Of a stretch of 64,000 nucleotides of DNA, positions 10,601 to 19,170 are shown in pieces (positions within the stretch are counted from its first letter, which is position 1; each line of letters opens with the position of its first letter). The position numbers and the translations under genes are program-made. Source of the DNA: Halarcobacter sp. (GTDB lineage Bacteria > Campylobacterota > Campylobacteria > Campylobacterales > Arcobacteraceae); NCBI GenBank assembly GCA_048571215.1, contig CP182352.1:2880001-2944000 (forward strand). The letters run 5' to 3'. The notes under the pieces are model-generated. The model was not told where the DNA came from and did not search any database. It saw only the letters and a list, made by a program, of their open reading frames with translations.

Positions 10601-11494
10601 AAGATAGCTTAAGATAGCAGTTTTCCCCAAAGTTGCATCAACTTCCCCATAAACTATAGCTTTTATACTATCCAAAGTATTTTTATATGTTATAACCTTT
10701 ATTTCTGGATATTTTTCTGCTAAAAGGCTCTCATAAACAAAACCTTTTACAACAGATACTTTTTTCCCAAACAAGGATTTTATATCTGAGATATCCTCTC
10801 TATTGCTAGTTGTTAATATTGAAGTAACATTTTTAGCAAAAATGTCTACATATAAAAGATGTTTTTCCCTTTCTTTTGTTTTTGCAATATTCATAATTAC
10901 ATCGATTTTTTTATCATAAACTCTTTGTAAAGATTCATTCCAAGTTCCAGTTACAAACTTGACTTTAAAACCTACAAGCTTTGCAAGAAGTTTTATATAA
11001 TCTACAGAGTATCCTTTTGGTACTCCATTTTTATTGTAGTTAAATGGTGCCCAATCATACTCATTGTGTACTTTTATGAGAGGATTGTTTTTTAACCACT
11101 CTTTTTCTTTTTTACTCAAATTTAATATTTTTGCTTTATCTTTAAAACATATGATTAGTGAACCTATTTGTTCTTTGTTATATATTACCTTTGTAGTAAC
11201 TTTTTCGCACTGTTTTGTAAAAGTTTTTTCATCAAATTTTTTTTCAATTAGATGGTTGTTTTTATCTTTATAATAAGAGAGTAGTTTTTTGTTTACTAAA
11301 GTATCGTATATCACTAGATAATTTATATTTTCATTCTTTTCTATAAAATCTTTTGAAATATTTTTTAACTCAAGTTCATTTAATTCAAAAAGGGGATTTG
11401 CTAACATACTTGAAAGACTTTCTAACTGCCCTTTTGTAATACTAAAAGCAAAATTGAAAAGACAGATGAAAATTAAAAATAGCCGTAACATCAC
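7607..11494 (-). CDS. SiaA-like membrane PP2C/SpoIIE phosphatase with two periplasmic solute-binding domains and PAS domains
   Basis: Signal peptide, two SBP-type repeats (WAPFNY / WRPLS), TM ILSYVLPIFFVVLIIIFIIVYW, PAS regions, then KDIVGGDIY, DCTGHGVPGAF, TDGYLDQ and DDITIVG. Confidence 0.85.
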   Translation of the reverse strand: MMLRLFLIFICLFNFAFSITKGQLESLSSMLANPLFELNELELKNISKDFIEKNENINYLVIYDTLVNKKLLSYYKDKNNHLIEKKFDEKTFTKQCEKVTTKVIYNKEQIGSLIICFKDKAKILNLSKKEKEWLKNNPLIKVHNEYDWAPFNYNKNGVPKGYSVDYIKLLAKLVGFKVKFVTGTWNESLQRVYDKKIDVIMNIAKTKEREKHLLYVDIFAKNVTSILTTSNREDISDIKSLFGKKVSVVKGFVYESLLAEKYPEIKVITYKNTLDSIKAIVYGEVDATLGKTAILSYLMDENVIKGLKYTSDVKADDPEMENLYIAVRNDAPILQSILKKAMKKVSIEDLDKIKLKWFSERRKIRFTKEEYNWLDKRIVVKYSEINWRPLSIIENNTMTGIMGDYLNIVSESTGIKFKFVPSHSWSEVLEKFKRGEIDLVPGIGNTKEETSLGLVSKEYASFPMVIVTNEKMDYVSLMEDIKDKVFSIPKHYTSYNYIKQFYPNVKIIETDNIFEALLNVSNGKADVFIGHMAPAIYYMTRIGKDNLKIAGDTGNDFKHHFLINKNLDKLYSIVNKVIDTITEKEREKIYNDWVQIKVEQNTGFSIKKILSYVLPIFFVVLIIIFIIVYWNKKLRSLVNKKTFDINKQKEQLQKLVDSFDRNVIFVQTDLKGITTHPSESFCNISGYTKKELVGKPISIVKSSDTSKSTFTQLWDSLNKNKKWEGEIKNRSKDGKYYWLYSKIEAEYNTHNEIIGYKSISQDITNRKIVEDLSKNLELKVQERTFELLEQKSFVQTLLDSQEQIVITTDGKNIRSANKKFLEFFNIKDLQEYKKEYKCISDRFKNDDTNTYLQKYIKDKKWIDYIIENKSNYHKVMINKDGEDKIFSVTAASLSIGDGDIKSAVFTDITELEFIRKNIETILSNIMLPVLITSQKDRTILYANEYASIQYEIPVSELIGKSIETVYTTLNQKDEILLQMKKQGYVENLEQRFRTNSGKEFIALLSVKPISYNDEDAFIGMVVDITRQKDIEEELRLVHKHTKDSIEYASLIQYALIPSNEILKEYFSDYLTIWEPKDIVGGDIYLFEELREGECLLMVIDCTGHGVPGAFVTMLVKAIERQINANIKNKEEVVSPSKVLSIFNRSMKHLLKQDDETSMSNAGFDGAVLYYNKKDSIIKFAGAQVPLFYEHNGEFKTIKGSRHSIGYKKSNRDYEFKEHTLKVQEGMQFYITTDGYLDQNGGKKGFPFGKRRFLELMKKNYQLPFADQQEILLYEMMDYQGSYERNDDITIVGFKI

Positions 11495-12186
11495 TCTTCC
11501 AATGACTCATTAATTTGTTTAATAATCAAATCAGATACCTTTTTTGAACAGATTAAGTATCTTTTATTTCCTTTAGGAATCCCTTTGATTTTATAAAATG
11601 AAATATCTTTAAAAGCTAAATCTTTTAGTAATAACTTGGCTTCCTCTGGAGATATAAACATAAAGTCAGCTCTATTATTTTTTATTAGAGTTACCATTTT
11701 TTCATTATCTATATATACACTATTTGTTCTTACCTTATATAGTTTTAACTTTTTATCTAAAAACTCTCCATAAGAGTAAGATTCCTTTGTAAGAATACTT
11801 ATTGGTTTTTTTAATAAAGTATCAATATCAATACCTAAAAATTCACTTTTTCTGTCACTCTTAGCTATTATTCCCAAAGGGTTATCTTGATACAAAGATA
11901 ATGTATATTTAGCAAATTTTTCTCTATGTTTATTTTTAAACCAACCTAAGGCACATATTCTTTTTGTATTTGCTTCTATCTCATAAAGGTGACGTTTAGA
12001 GGGTTTTTCTTTTAAAATATAATCTATTTTTGCTTTATTTAATGCTTTTATTGCAGGTGTTGCTACAAGTCCACTTATAGAGTTTTGAGTTTTTTCCACA
12101 TAAGGTATTCTTTGTTCATATACAATTTCTAAAGGTTGTGCTAGTAAATAAAAAGATGATAATAGAAGTAAGAATAGATATCTCAC
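11491..12186 (-). CDS. Periplasmic substrate-binding protein (family 3-like)
   Basis: Signal peptide, EQRIPY motif, KHREKFAKYT and RADFM; overlaps the start of the phosphatase gene by 4 nt. Confidence 0.75.
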   Translation of the reverse strand: MRYLFLLLLSSFYLLAQPLEIVYEQRIPYVEKTQNSISGLVATPAIKALNKAKIDYILKEKPSKRHLYEIEANTKRICALGWFKNKHREKFAKYTLSLYQDNPLGIIAKSDRKSEFLGIDIDTLLKKPISILTKESYSYGEFLDKKLKLYKVRTNSVYIDNEKMVTLIKNNRADFMFISPEEAKLLLKDLAFKDISFYKIKGIPKGNKRYLICSKKVSDLIIKQINESLEE

Positions 12187-12316
12187 AATTAACCTTTATA
12201 ATTTATTAACTATAATATCACAACATAGTTTACATATTACATATTATATACAATTATAGTAATTAATAAAGATATATTTATGTTATTTTTTTATATTATT
12301 TAATAAAGGTTTAAAA

Positions 12317-12673
12317 ATGAAGTTTCTTATCGCTGATGATTCTAAAGTTGCTAGAAAAAGAGTTTTAACTATTTTAGATGAACTTAACTACGCAGTTGTT
12401 GGTGAAGCAACTAATGGACTTGATGCGGTAGAAAAATTTAAAGAGCTAAACCCAACTGTAGTTATTATTGATTTGGAGATGCCTAATTTAAAAGGAAATG
12501 AAGCCTCAAAAATGATTTTAGAAATAGATCCAAATGTAGATATTATACTAATTACATCAAGTAATGACAAAAAAGAGATATTAAATGCTTTTAATATAGG
12601 TATAAAAAAAGTTATTAGAAAACCATTTACAAAAGAGTTATTAGAACAAACAATCAATGAACTAAAAGGCTAA
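12317..12673 (+). CDS. Single-domain (CheY-like) response regulator
   Basis: IADDS, IDLEMP (phospho-Asp) and KPF; no output domain. Confidence 0.92.
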   Translation: MKFLIADDSKVARKRVLTILDELNYAVVGEATNGLDAVEKFKELNPTVVIIDLEMPNLKGNEASKMILEIDPNVDIILITSSNDKKEILNAFNIGIKKVIRKPFTKELLEQTINELKG

Positions 12674-12675
12674 AT

Positions 12676-13230
12676 ATGAATACAAGCTTAATACAAGAAT
12701 TGGTAGAAGATGATGGAATTGTGTTTTTAACTTATGGAGGCTTTCTAACCCAAGCCCTAATCTCAGCCATGACAGAAGCCTTAGAAAAAGAAGCAGAAAA
12801 AAATAACCTAAGTCTAGGGGTTTCCAATAATATCTTTACTATTTTTATTGAACTTACTCAAAATATGATGAACTATTCAAAAAATAAATATGTAAATTCT
12901 TCAGAAGTTAACTCCGAAGGTTTGATTTTTGTTACAAAAGATAGGGATTTAAACTATTATATACATAGTCAAAATATTATTGCCTTAGTTGACAAAGAAA
13001 AAATCGAACCAAAACTTGAAGAGATACAAAAACTAAATTATGAAGAGATAAAATTACGATATAGAGAACTAAGAAGAAGTGGTAGGGATTGCCATGGGAA
13101 AGGTGGAGGAATAGGCTTTTATGAAATTGCAAAAAGAAGTAATGGCATAAATTTTGAATTCAAAAAAATCAACGAAGATAAATACTATTTTCATTTTACA
13201 TCAAAAATTATAACAAGAAGAGGAAATTAG
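12676..13230 (+). CDS. siaB: SiaB-family GHKL-type protein kinase
   Basis: IFIELTQNMMNYS and GGGIGFYEIAKRS match the SiaB N-box and G-box pattern; directly upstream of a SiaC homolog. Confidence 0.82.
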   Translation: MNTSLIQELVEDDGIVFLTYGGFLTQALISAMTEALEKEAEKNNLSLGVSNNIFTIFIELTQNMMNYSKNKYVNSSEVNSEGLIFVTKDRDLNYYIHSQNIIALVDKEKIEPKLEEIQKLNYEEIKLRYRELRRSGRDCHGKGGGIGFYEIAKRSNGINFEFKKINEDKYYFHFTSKIITRRGN

Positions 13231-13233
13231 ATT

Positions 13234-13614
13234 ATGGAAAACTTAATAATAAAAGAAACCAAATATACACCATCTATTAGATTAGATGCACAGAAAGGCT
13301 TAATTGAATTAACTGGAAAATCATATCCAGAAAATACCTTTGAGTTTTACAAACCTATGATGGATTGGATAGAGAAATATTTTTCGGGAAATGAACAAGA
13401 GAAAACTACTCTAAACCTTGAGATAATATATTTTAATTCAAGTAGCTCAAAACTATTTTTTGATTTATTTGATTTAATTGAAGAGGCTCATAAAAACCAT
13501 AAAAATATAGAGATAAATTGGATATATGATAAAGAAAACGAAAGTGCTTTGGAAGCTGGTGAAGATTTCAAAGAAGATTTTATAGAACTAAATTTTAATT
13601 TAGTAAAAAAATAA
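13234..13614 (+). CDS. siaC: SiaC-family (DUF1987) switch protein
   Basis: TKYTP, GKSYPEN, YFNSSSSK and INWIYD...EAGEDFKED. Confidence 0.88.
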   Translation: MENLIIKETKYTPSIRLDAQKGLIELTGKSYPENTFEFYKPMMDWIEKYFSGNEQEKTTLNLEIIYFNSSSSKLFFDLFDLIEEAHKNHKNIEINWIYDKENESALEAGEDFKEDFIELNFNLVKK

Positions 13615-13630
13615 GCAAAGAAAAATAATC

Positions 13631-14425
13631 ATGTCTGAGATTACAGAAAACAAACTTATTGCAGAGTTAGAAGACTTACAAAATAATTTTAAAACTACCA
13701 CGGATAAACTCATAAAAGATATAAGACGACATGATAAAATTATGGCAAGAAGTGATAAAAGACAGCAACAAGAGTATGACCAACTTCAAATCAAACTACA
13801 AGAGGTTGAAGCTTTAAGTGAAGAGATAGAGCAAACCCAAAAAGAAGTAGTGTTTACAATGGGAGCTATAGGAGAGAGTAGAAGTAAAGAGACAGGGAAC
13901 CATGTAAAAAGAGTGGCAGAATACTCAAAACTTTTAGCCTTGTATTATGGTTTAGATGAAAAAGAAGCAGAGATGCTAAAACAAGCAAGCCCAATGCATG
14001 ATATAGGAAAGGTTGCTATTCCAGATGCGGTTTTAAATAAGCCAGGAAGATTTGATGAAAAAGAAAGAGAGATAATGAATACCCATGCTAAATTGGGATT
14101 TGATATGTTAAAACATTCAAATAGAGAACTTCTAAAATGTGCAGCAACAGTAGCGTATGAACATCATGAGAAATGGGATGGAACAGGTTACCCAAATAAA
14201 CTAAAAGGTGAAGATATACATATCTATGGAAGAATAACAGCCTTGGCAGATGTATTTGATGCCTTAGGGAGTGATAGATGTTATAAAAAAGCTTGGGATG
14301 ATGAGAGAATATTTAAGCTTTTTAAAGAGGAAAGAGCTAAACACTTTGACCCTAAGTTAGTAGATATCTTTTTTGAACACCTTGATGAATTCTTAGCTAT
14401 AAGAGATGAGTTTAAAGATACCTAA
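13631..14425 (+). CDS. HD-GYP cyclic-di-GMP phosphodiesterase with a SiaD-like N-terminal coiled coil
   Basis: ETGNHVKRV, MHDIGK, HHEKWDGTGYP and ADVFDAL; N-terminal RHDKIMARSDKRQ. Confidence 0.9.
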   Translation: MSEITENKLIAELEDLQNNFKTTTDKLIKDIRRHDKIMARSDKRQQQEYDQLQIKLQEVEALSEEIEQTQKEVVFTMGAIGESRSKETGNHVKRVAEYSKLLALYYGLDEKEAEMLKQASPMHDIGKVAIPDAVLNKPGRFDEKEREIMNTHAKLGFDMLKHSNRELLKCAATVAYEHHEKWDGTGYPNKLKGEDIHIYGRITALADVFDALGSDRCYKKAWDDERIFKLFKEERAKHFDPKLVDIFFEHLDEFLAIRDEFKDT

Positions 14426-14436
14426 TATCTAAAATC

Positions 14437-14823
14437 TTACACCAAACCTAAATTTTTTCTAACCATTTTCTTATAAGCCTTCATATGAACTTTTAACATA
14501 TTTGGTATAACTTCCAATCTACAAGCATGAACAATATCAGCTAACTCTGGTTTTGAATATATTGTGTTTTTATCTCTAGCAAGTTGGATAAGCTTGTTCA
14601 TATCATCATCTAAAATCACATCTTCTCTATCTGCAAGTGCATCATATACATAAAAAAACATCTTTCTATCTTCACTTGTCATTTGACATGAATCATCCAA
14701 CATCTTAAGAGCAAGCTTCGCAGCATACTCTATCTCTATAGGTTCAAAATTATGTGTATATGCCCAATCATAGGCTTTTTGACAAATATCCAAAATCACA
14801 TCCTTTTTAGATAAAAGATGCAA
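14437..14823 (-). CDS. Hypothetical protein (start uncertain)
   Basis: 128-aa ORF filling the gap; no recognisable motif. Confidence 0.6.
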   Translation of the reverse strand: MHLLSKKDVILDICQKAYDWAYTHNFEPIEIEYAAKLALKMLDDSCQMTSEDRKMFFYVYDALADREDVILDDDMNKLIQLARDKNTIYSKPELADIVHACRLEVIPNMLKVHMKAYKKMVRKNLGLV

Positions 14824-14842
14824 TTTTTATACCAATGAAGTA

Positions 14843-15229
14843 TTATAAAGTAAGTTTATCTAAAATAGAGTTGATAAACTTTGTAGTTGATTGTTTTTGT
14901 AAGTAAGCAAAACCTACAATAAAGATAATACCAATACCAAAGGTAAATAAAATACCAACTATAATAAGTGCAAATAAAATAAGTACAAAAAACTGTTGTA
15001 TCTCACCATCTATAGCTAAACTATACCCTTGATTTGATTTTTGTAAAGTAACAATTAGATTGTATTTTATAATAGAACTTTTGAAGCCATCTAAAGTAAC
15101 AGAATTCCCCTCAACCTTAGCCAAATCCTCCGAATAGGGTGAAATAGCATCTTTAATAGAAACTAAAACCTCATCAACACTTTTTTGAGTCTTTAACTCT
15201 TTTCGTATACCAACATCAAACAACCCCAT
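14843..15229 (-). CDS. Hypothetical membrane protein
   Basis: AAGGA SD; C-terminal hydrophobic hairpin. Confidence 0.7.
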   Translation of the reverse strand: MGLFDVGIRKELKTQKSVDEVLVSIKDAISPYSEDLAKVEGNSVTLDGFKSSIIKYNLIVTLQKSNQGYSLAIDGEIQQFFVLILFALIIVGILFTFGIGIIFIVGFAYLQKQSTTKFINSILDKLTL

Positions 15230-15346
15230 AAATATCCTTATTTATTTTTTATAGTATAACAAAATAGTTAATGTTTTTTAATATAAGAGATATACATAGA
15301 CCCTGATAATAGAAAAGAGTTTGTAAATTTTATGCTTAAAATAAAC

Positions 15347-15372
15347 AGATGATATGCTTACACATATCATCT
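15347..15372. terminator. Hairpin downstream of the dehalogenase operon
   Basis: Perfect 10-bp inverted repeat agatgatatg-cttaca-catatcatct. Confidence 0.5.
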
Positions 15373-15425
15373 AAGAGTTTCTATATAGATTAAAGCCCTT
15401 TTAATAAAACTTTGTAAATATTTAT

Positions 15426-16343
15426 TTATCTATTTTTTTCTAAAAAGTTAAATATGGATTCATAGACAATTTCGGGCTGTTCTTCTGGAACAAAATGCCC
15501 ACAATCCTCCACTGCAAATCCACTTACATTTGAAGCAAATTTTTTCCAACCATCCAAAACATTCCAGAGATTTCCAACTACTCCATTTTTTCCCCATAAA
15601 ACTAAAAGTGGTGTATTTATTGTTCTTTTTCTATCCTCTTCATCATGAACTAAATCAATTGTATTGGAAGCTCTATAATCTTCTGAAATAGCATGTACAC
15701 AAGATGGATTAGAATAATATCTAATATATTCTTGAAGAACATCTTCTGGAAACATCCGCTTAACCGAATCTCCTGTTGCTTTATTTAGAAGGTTTCGTCT
15801 AATAAAATAATCAGGGTCAGAACCCAAAAAAGTTTCAGGGAATGGCTTTGGTTGAATATAGAAAAACCAATGCCAATATTTAGTTGCAAACTCTCTATTT
15901 GTTTGTTCGTACATGTCATAAGTTGGTAAAATATCCATTAGAGTACATGTTTTTACTTTTTCTTCGTGGTCTAACATAAGTCTATGAGCAACTCTTGCAC
16001 CTCTATCATGGGAAACGACATGAAATTTTTCAATACCAAGTTTTTCCATTACTTTTACTTGATCATTTGCCATAACTCTTTTGGAATAGTTTGAATGATC
16101 TTCTAAACCTTCAGGTTTTGAACTATCTCCATATCCTCTTAAGTCAGTTATAACTACCTTATAGTTTTTAGCTAATTTTGAAGCGATACCTCTCCAAATA
16201 AGATAACTTTCTGGATGACCATGAAGAAGTAGGATTGATTCTCCTTGTCCTGCTACTAGAGTATTGATTTTTATCTCTTTTTCTACCTTAATAAAGCTTT
16301 GTTCAAACTCGGGAAAATACTTTTTAGCTACTTCATTCATCAC
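15426..16343 (-). CDS. Haloacetate (fluoroacetate-type) dehalogenase, alpha/beta hydrolase
   Basis: LLHGHP, DLRGYGDS, YSKRVMA, HDRGARV (Asp nucleophile plus two Arg), YWHW, EDYRA and GHFVPEE. Confidence 0.85.
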   Translation of the reverse strand: MMNEVAKKYFPEFEQSFIKVEKEIKINTLVAGQGESILLLHGHPESYLIWRGIASKLAKNYKVVITDLRGYGDSSKPEGLEDHSNYSKRVMANDQVKVMEKLGIEKFHVVSHDRGARVAHRLMLDHEEKVKTCTLMDILPTYDMYEQTNREFATKYWHWFFYIQPKPFPETFLGSDPDYFIRRNLLNKATGDSVKRMFPEDVLQEYIRYYSNPSCVHAISEDYRASNTIDLVHDEEDRKRTINTPLLVLWGKNGVVGNLWNVLDGWKKFASNVSGFAVEDCGHFVPEEQPEIVYESIFNFLEKNR

Positions 16344-16840
16344 TTCTCCTTTAGTTGTTTTTTAATTAGTTCTTTAATACCACCATACTCTAAAATATTT
16401 AGAACATATTCACTAAAAGGCTCAATTGATGCAATTTTACCATTTTCATTTGATACTATCCCTTTTTCTAAATCAACAGTTATATTTTCTTTGTCTTTTA
16501 CTAAAGATGAAATTTTAGGACAAATGACAACTGGAAGTCCAAGGTTTATGGCATTTCTATAAAAGATTCTTCCAAATGACTCAGCAAGAATAACTCCTAT
16601 TCCAACTTCTTTTAGAGTAATTGCTGCATGTTCTCTACTTGAACCACAACCAAAGTTAGTTCCAGCAATAATAATATCTCCATCATTTACTTTTTCAACA
16701 AACTTTTCATCTGCTCCATACATTGCATATTTTTTTATATCTTTAACATCTGTATACTCAACAAATCTTCCTGGGTAGATTTGATCTGTATCAACATTTT
16801 TACCAAACAAAAAAACTTTTCCACTTACTTTCTTTTCCAT
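16340..16840 (-). CDS. 3-isopropylmalate dehydratase small subunit-like (LeuD/HacB/DmdB family)
   Basis: NVDTDQIYP, NFGCGSSREHA and FYRNAINLG. Start moved to ATG 16840, which has AAGGA 7 nt upstream. Confidence 0.85.
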   Translation of the reverse strand: MEKKVSGKVFLFGKNVDTDQIYPGRFVEYTDVKDIKKYAMYGADEKFVEKVNDGDIIIAGTNFGCGSSREHAAITLKEVGIGVILAESFGRIFYRNAINLGLPVVICPKISSLVKDKENITVDLEKGIVSNENGKIASIEPFSEYVLNILEYGGIKELIKKQLKEK

Positions 16841-16850
16841 AACCATATCC

Positions 16851-18104
16851 TTAATTCGTATAATCTGTTGGATCAACAATTTTACCCTCTAAAGCTGCAC
16901 AAGCAACAGCCGCAGGCGAACCTAAAAATATTTTCGCACTAACCTCTCCCATACGCCCTGGAAAATTTCTGTTTGTTGTTGTAATACACCTCTCACCTGA
17001 AGTTAACATTCCCTGATGTGTTCCTAAACATGCAGCACAACCTGGTGTCACAAACGTTGCTCCCGCAGCAACTAAAGTTTGTACATCTCCATTTTTCATA
17101 GCTTCTAAGAAAACCTCTTTTGAAGCAGGAACTATCACAAATCTGGTTTTTTTGGCTATCTTTTTATTCCTTAAAATTTTAGCAGCAATTGCAATATCAT
17201 CTGCACGACCTCCAGTACAAGAGCCTAAATAGGCTTGATCTATCTCTTGTCCTAGGTATTCTTTTATGTTAAAAACATTATCCACACTAAATGGTGCTGC
17301 AATTTGTGGTTTTAAATTAGAAATATCAAATGTAACTTCCTCATCATATTTAAAATCCTCGTCAGTATAAAAGATTTCATATTCTTTTGAAACTTTTTTC
17401 TCTAAAAACTCCATTGTTATTTCATCAGGCTGTATATATGAAGTTTTAGCGCCCATTTCAGTACTCATATTACACATAGCCATTCTTTCAGAAATACTTA
17501 AATGCTTTAAGGCACTTCCTGAAAATTCAACAGCTTTATATACTGCAAAATCTGCTCCTAGCTCTCCAATAGCATGAAGTATCATATCTTTTGCATAGAC
17601 ACCTTTTTGGGGAACTCCTTCAAAATTAATTTTTACAATTTCAGGAACTCTAAACCACAATTTACCAGTTACAAGTATTATTGCTAAATCAGTTGCTCCA
17701 ACTCCCGTACCAAATGCCCCAAATGCTCCATGTGTAGTTGTATGAGAATCAGTTATTACTACTATTTCTCCAGGATAGGCTAATCCTTTATCTGCTAAAA
17801 CTTGATGACAAACTCCTTGGTCTATATCCATAAGAAGTTCAATACCTTGATCCCAACAAAACTCTCTAAACTCTTTTTGGTTTTGTGCTTGTTGTATGGT
17901 TGAAGCAGGTGCATAGTGATCTAAAAACATAATCACTTTTGATGGGTCATAAACTTTTTTAGCACCCATTTCAAAAAATGACCTAATAGTTTGGAGATAA
18001 AGGTCATTTATTCCTGCCATATCAATATCACAATTTACAATTTCTCCCGTTTTTACACTTTGTTTAGCTGCTTTTTTTGCTAATAGTTTTTCAATAGCAT
18101 GCAT
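16851..18104 (-). CDS. Aconitase-family dehydratase large subunit (LeuC/HacA/DmdA family)
   Basis: DHY, GVCHQV, DSHTTTHGA, GSCTGGR, GCAACLG and NRNFPGRMG. Confidence 0.9.
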   Translation of the reverse strand: MHAIEKLLAKKAAKQSVKTGEIVNCDIDMAGINDLYLQTIRSFFEMGAKKVYDPSKVIMFLDHYAPASTIQQAQNQKEFREFCWDQGIELLMDIDQGVCHQVLADKGLAYPGEIVVITDSHTTTHGAFGAFGTGVGATDLAIILVTGKLWFRVPEIVKINFEGVPQKGVYAKDMILHAIGELGADFAVYKAVEFSGSALKHLSISERMAMCNMSTEMGAKTSYIQPDEITMEFLEKKVSKEYEIFYTDEDFKYDEEVTFDISNLKPQIAAPFSVDNVFNIKEYLGQEIDQAYLGSCTGGRADDIAIAAKILRNKKIAKKTRFVIVPASKEVFLEAMKNGDVQTLVAAGATFVTPGCAACLGTHQGMLTSGERCITTTNRNFPGRMGEVSAKIFLGSPAAVACAALEGKIVDPTDYTN

Positions 18105-18194
18105 TATAAACTCCTAATGTTTTTTGAATTATAAACCTTTTTTTTGTATTATGTCAAATAATGTATAGTCATATTTAACATTAGGATTAGTAAT

Positions 18195-19025
18195 ATGGAA
18201 TCATCACTTTTAAAAGTATTTGTTGCAGTTGCAAATGAAAAATCTATATCATTAGGTGCACAAAAATTAGGTGTTACGCAGTCAAATGTGACCCATAGAA
18301 TCAAGCAGTTAGAAAAAGTTGTTGGATATGAATTGTTTCATAGAATACCTAAAGGTGTTATTCTTACAAAAGAAGGGAAAAAACTTTATCCTTATGCCCT
18401 AGAAATAGTAAAAAAAACAAAAGAAGCAGAACTTCAAATGAAGAATATCTCCCATCAAGAGTTACTAAGAATTGGAACCTCCCAAGCAAATGCAGCAATT
18501 AGACTACTTAATTTTTGTAAAAAATTAAACAAAAAATATCCTGATATGCAAATAGAAATATCTACAAATGGAACACCTAAAGTTATTGAAGATTTACTTG
18601 ATTATAAAATTGATATTGGTTTTGTTGCAGGAAATCCAAATAATAAAGATATTGTTATATTAAACAGATTTGATGATGATTTATATTTTATAGAATCAAA
18701 GACAAAAAAAGCACCAAATTGTTTGATTGGTTATAGAGAAAATAGTACCCATTTTCAATACTTACAAGAATATATGAGAAGTAGAGGAAATGAAGATTTT
18801 AAAACAATGGTTATTCAAAACTATGATGTAATGCAAGGTTTTGTAAAAGAGGGCTTTGGCAAAGCTTTTTTATCAAAAGCACTAATTGATAAATATGGAT
18901 ATTCGAATGATTTTATATTAAGAAAAATAGATAAAGCGGATGAAGATTTAGCAACATGCTTAGTTTGTAGAAAAGATTATATGCCTATGATTTGTGATTA
19001 TTTAAAAAGGATAAAGCTAAAATAA
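18195..19025 (+). CDS. LysR-family transcriptional regulator
   Basis: N-terminal HTH (AQKLGVTQSNVTHRIKQLE...LFHR); divergent from the dehydratase operon. Confidence 0.92.
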   Translation: MESSLLKVFVAVANEKSISLGAQKLGVTQSNVTHRIKQLEKVVGYELFHRIPKGVILTKEGKKLYPYALEIVKKTKEAELQMKNISHQELLRIGTSQANAAIRLLNFCKKLNKKYPDMQIEISTNGTPKVIEDLLDYKIDIGFVAGNPNNKDIVILNRFDDDLYFIESKTKKAPNCLIGYRENSTHFQYLQEYMRSRGNEDFKTMVIQNYDVMQGFVKEGFGKAFLSKALIDKYGYSNDFILRKIDKADEDLATCLVCRKDYMPMICDYLKRIKLK

Positions 19026-19078
19026 CCATATTTTGTGTTTTATAATAAGTTGATATGCCTTTAAAATAGGACTTATAG

Positions 19079-19098
19079 ATGGTATGTCTGGTAGGATT
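19079..19098 (-). repeat. Degenerate att copy of the tRNA-Arg 3' end
   Basis: atggtatgtctggtaggatt versus atggcacgcctggtaggatt at 24138-24157: 17/20 identical, all three differences C/T, same orientation, next to the integrase remnant. Confidence 0.65.
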
Positions 19099-19170
19099 TT
19101 AATTAAAATAATCTTATTAACATACAATACTATTAAATAAGAGCTATATAAAATCATATAGTTTATAAAT

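Noticed and set aside
16340..18104. Calling these genes leuC/leuD of leucine biosynthesis
   Set aside because: Short HacA/DmdA-like form, no leuA or leuB nearby, and coupled to a dehalogenase; symbol withheld.
15426..19025. Including the dehalogenase operon in the tRNA island
   Set aside because: It lies outside the degenerate att at 19079, and I saw no further att copy to the left.
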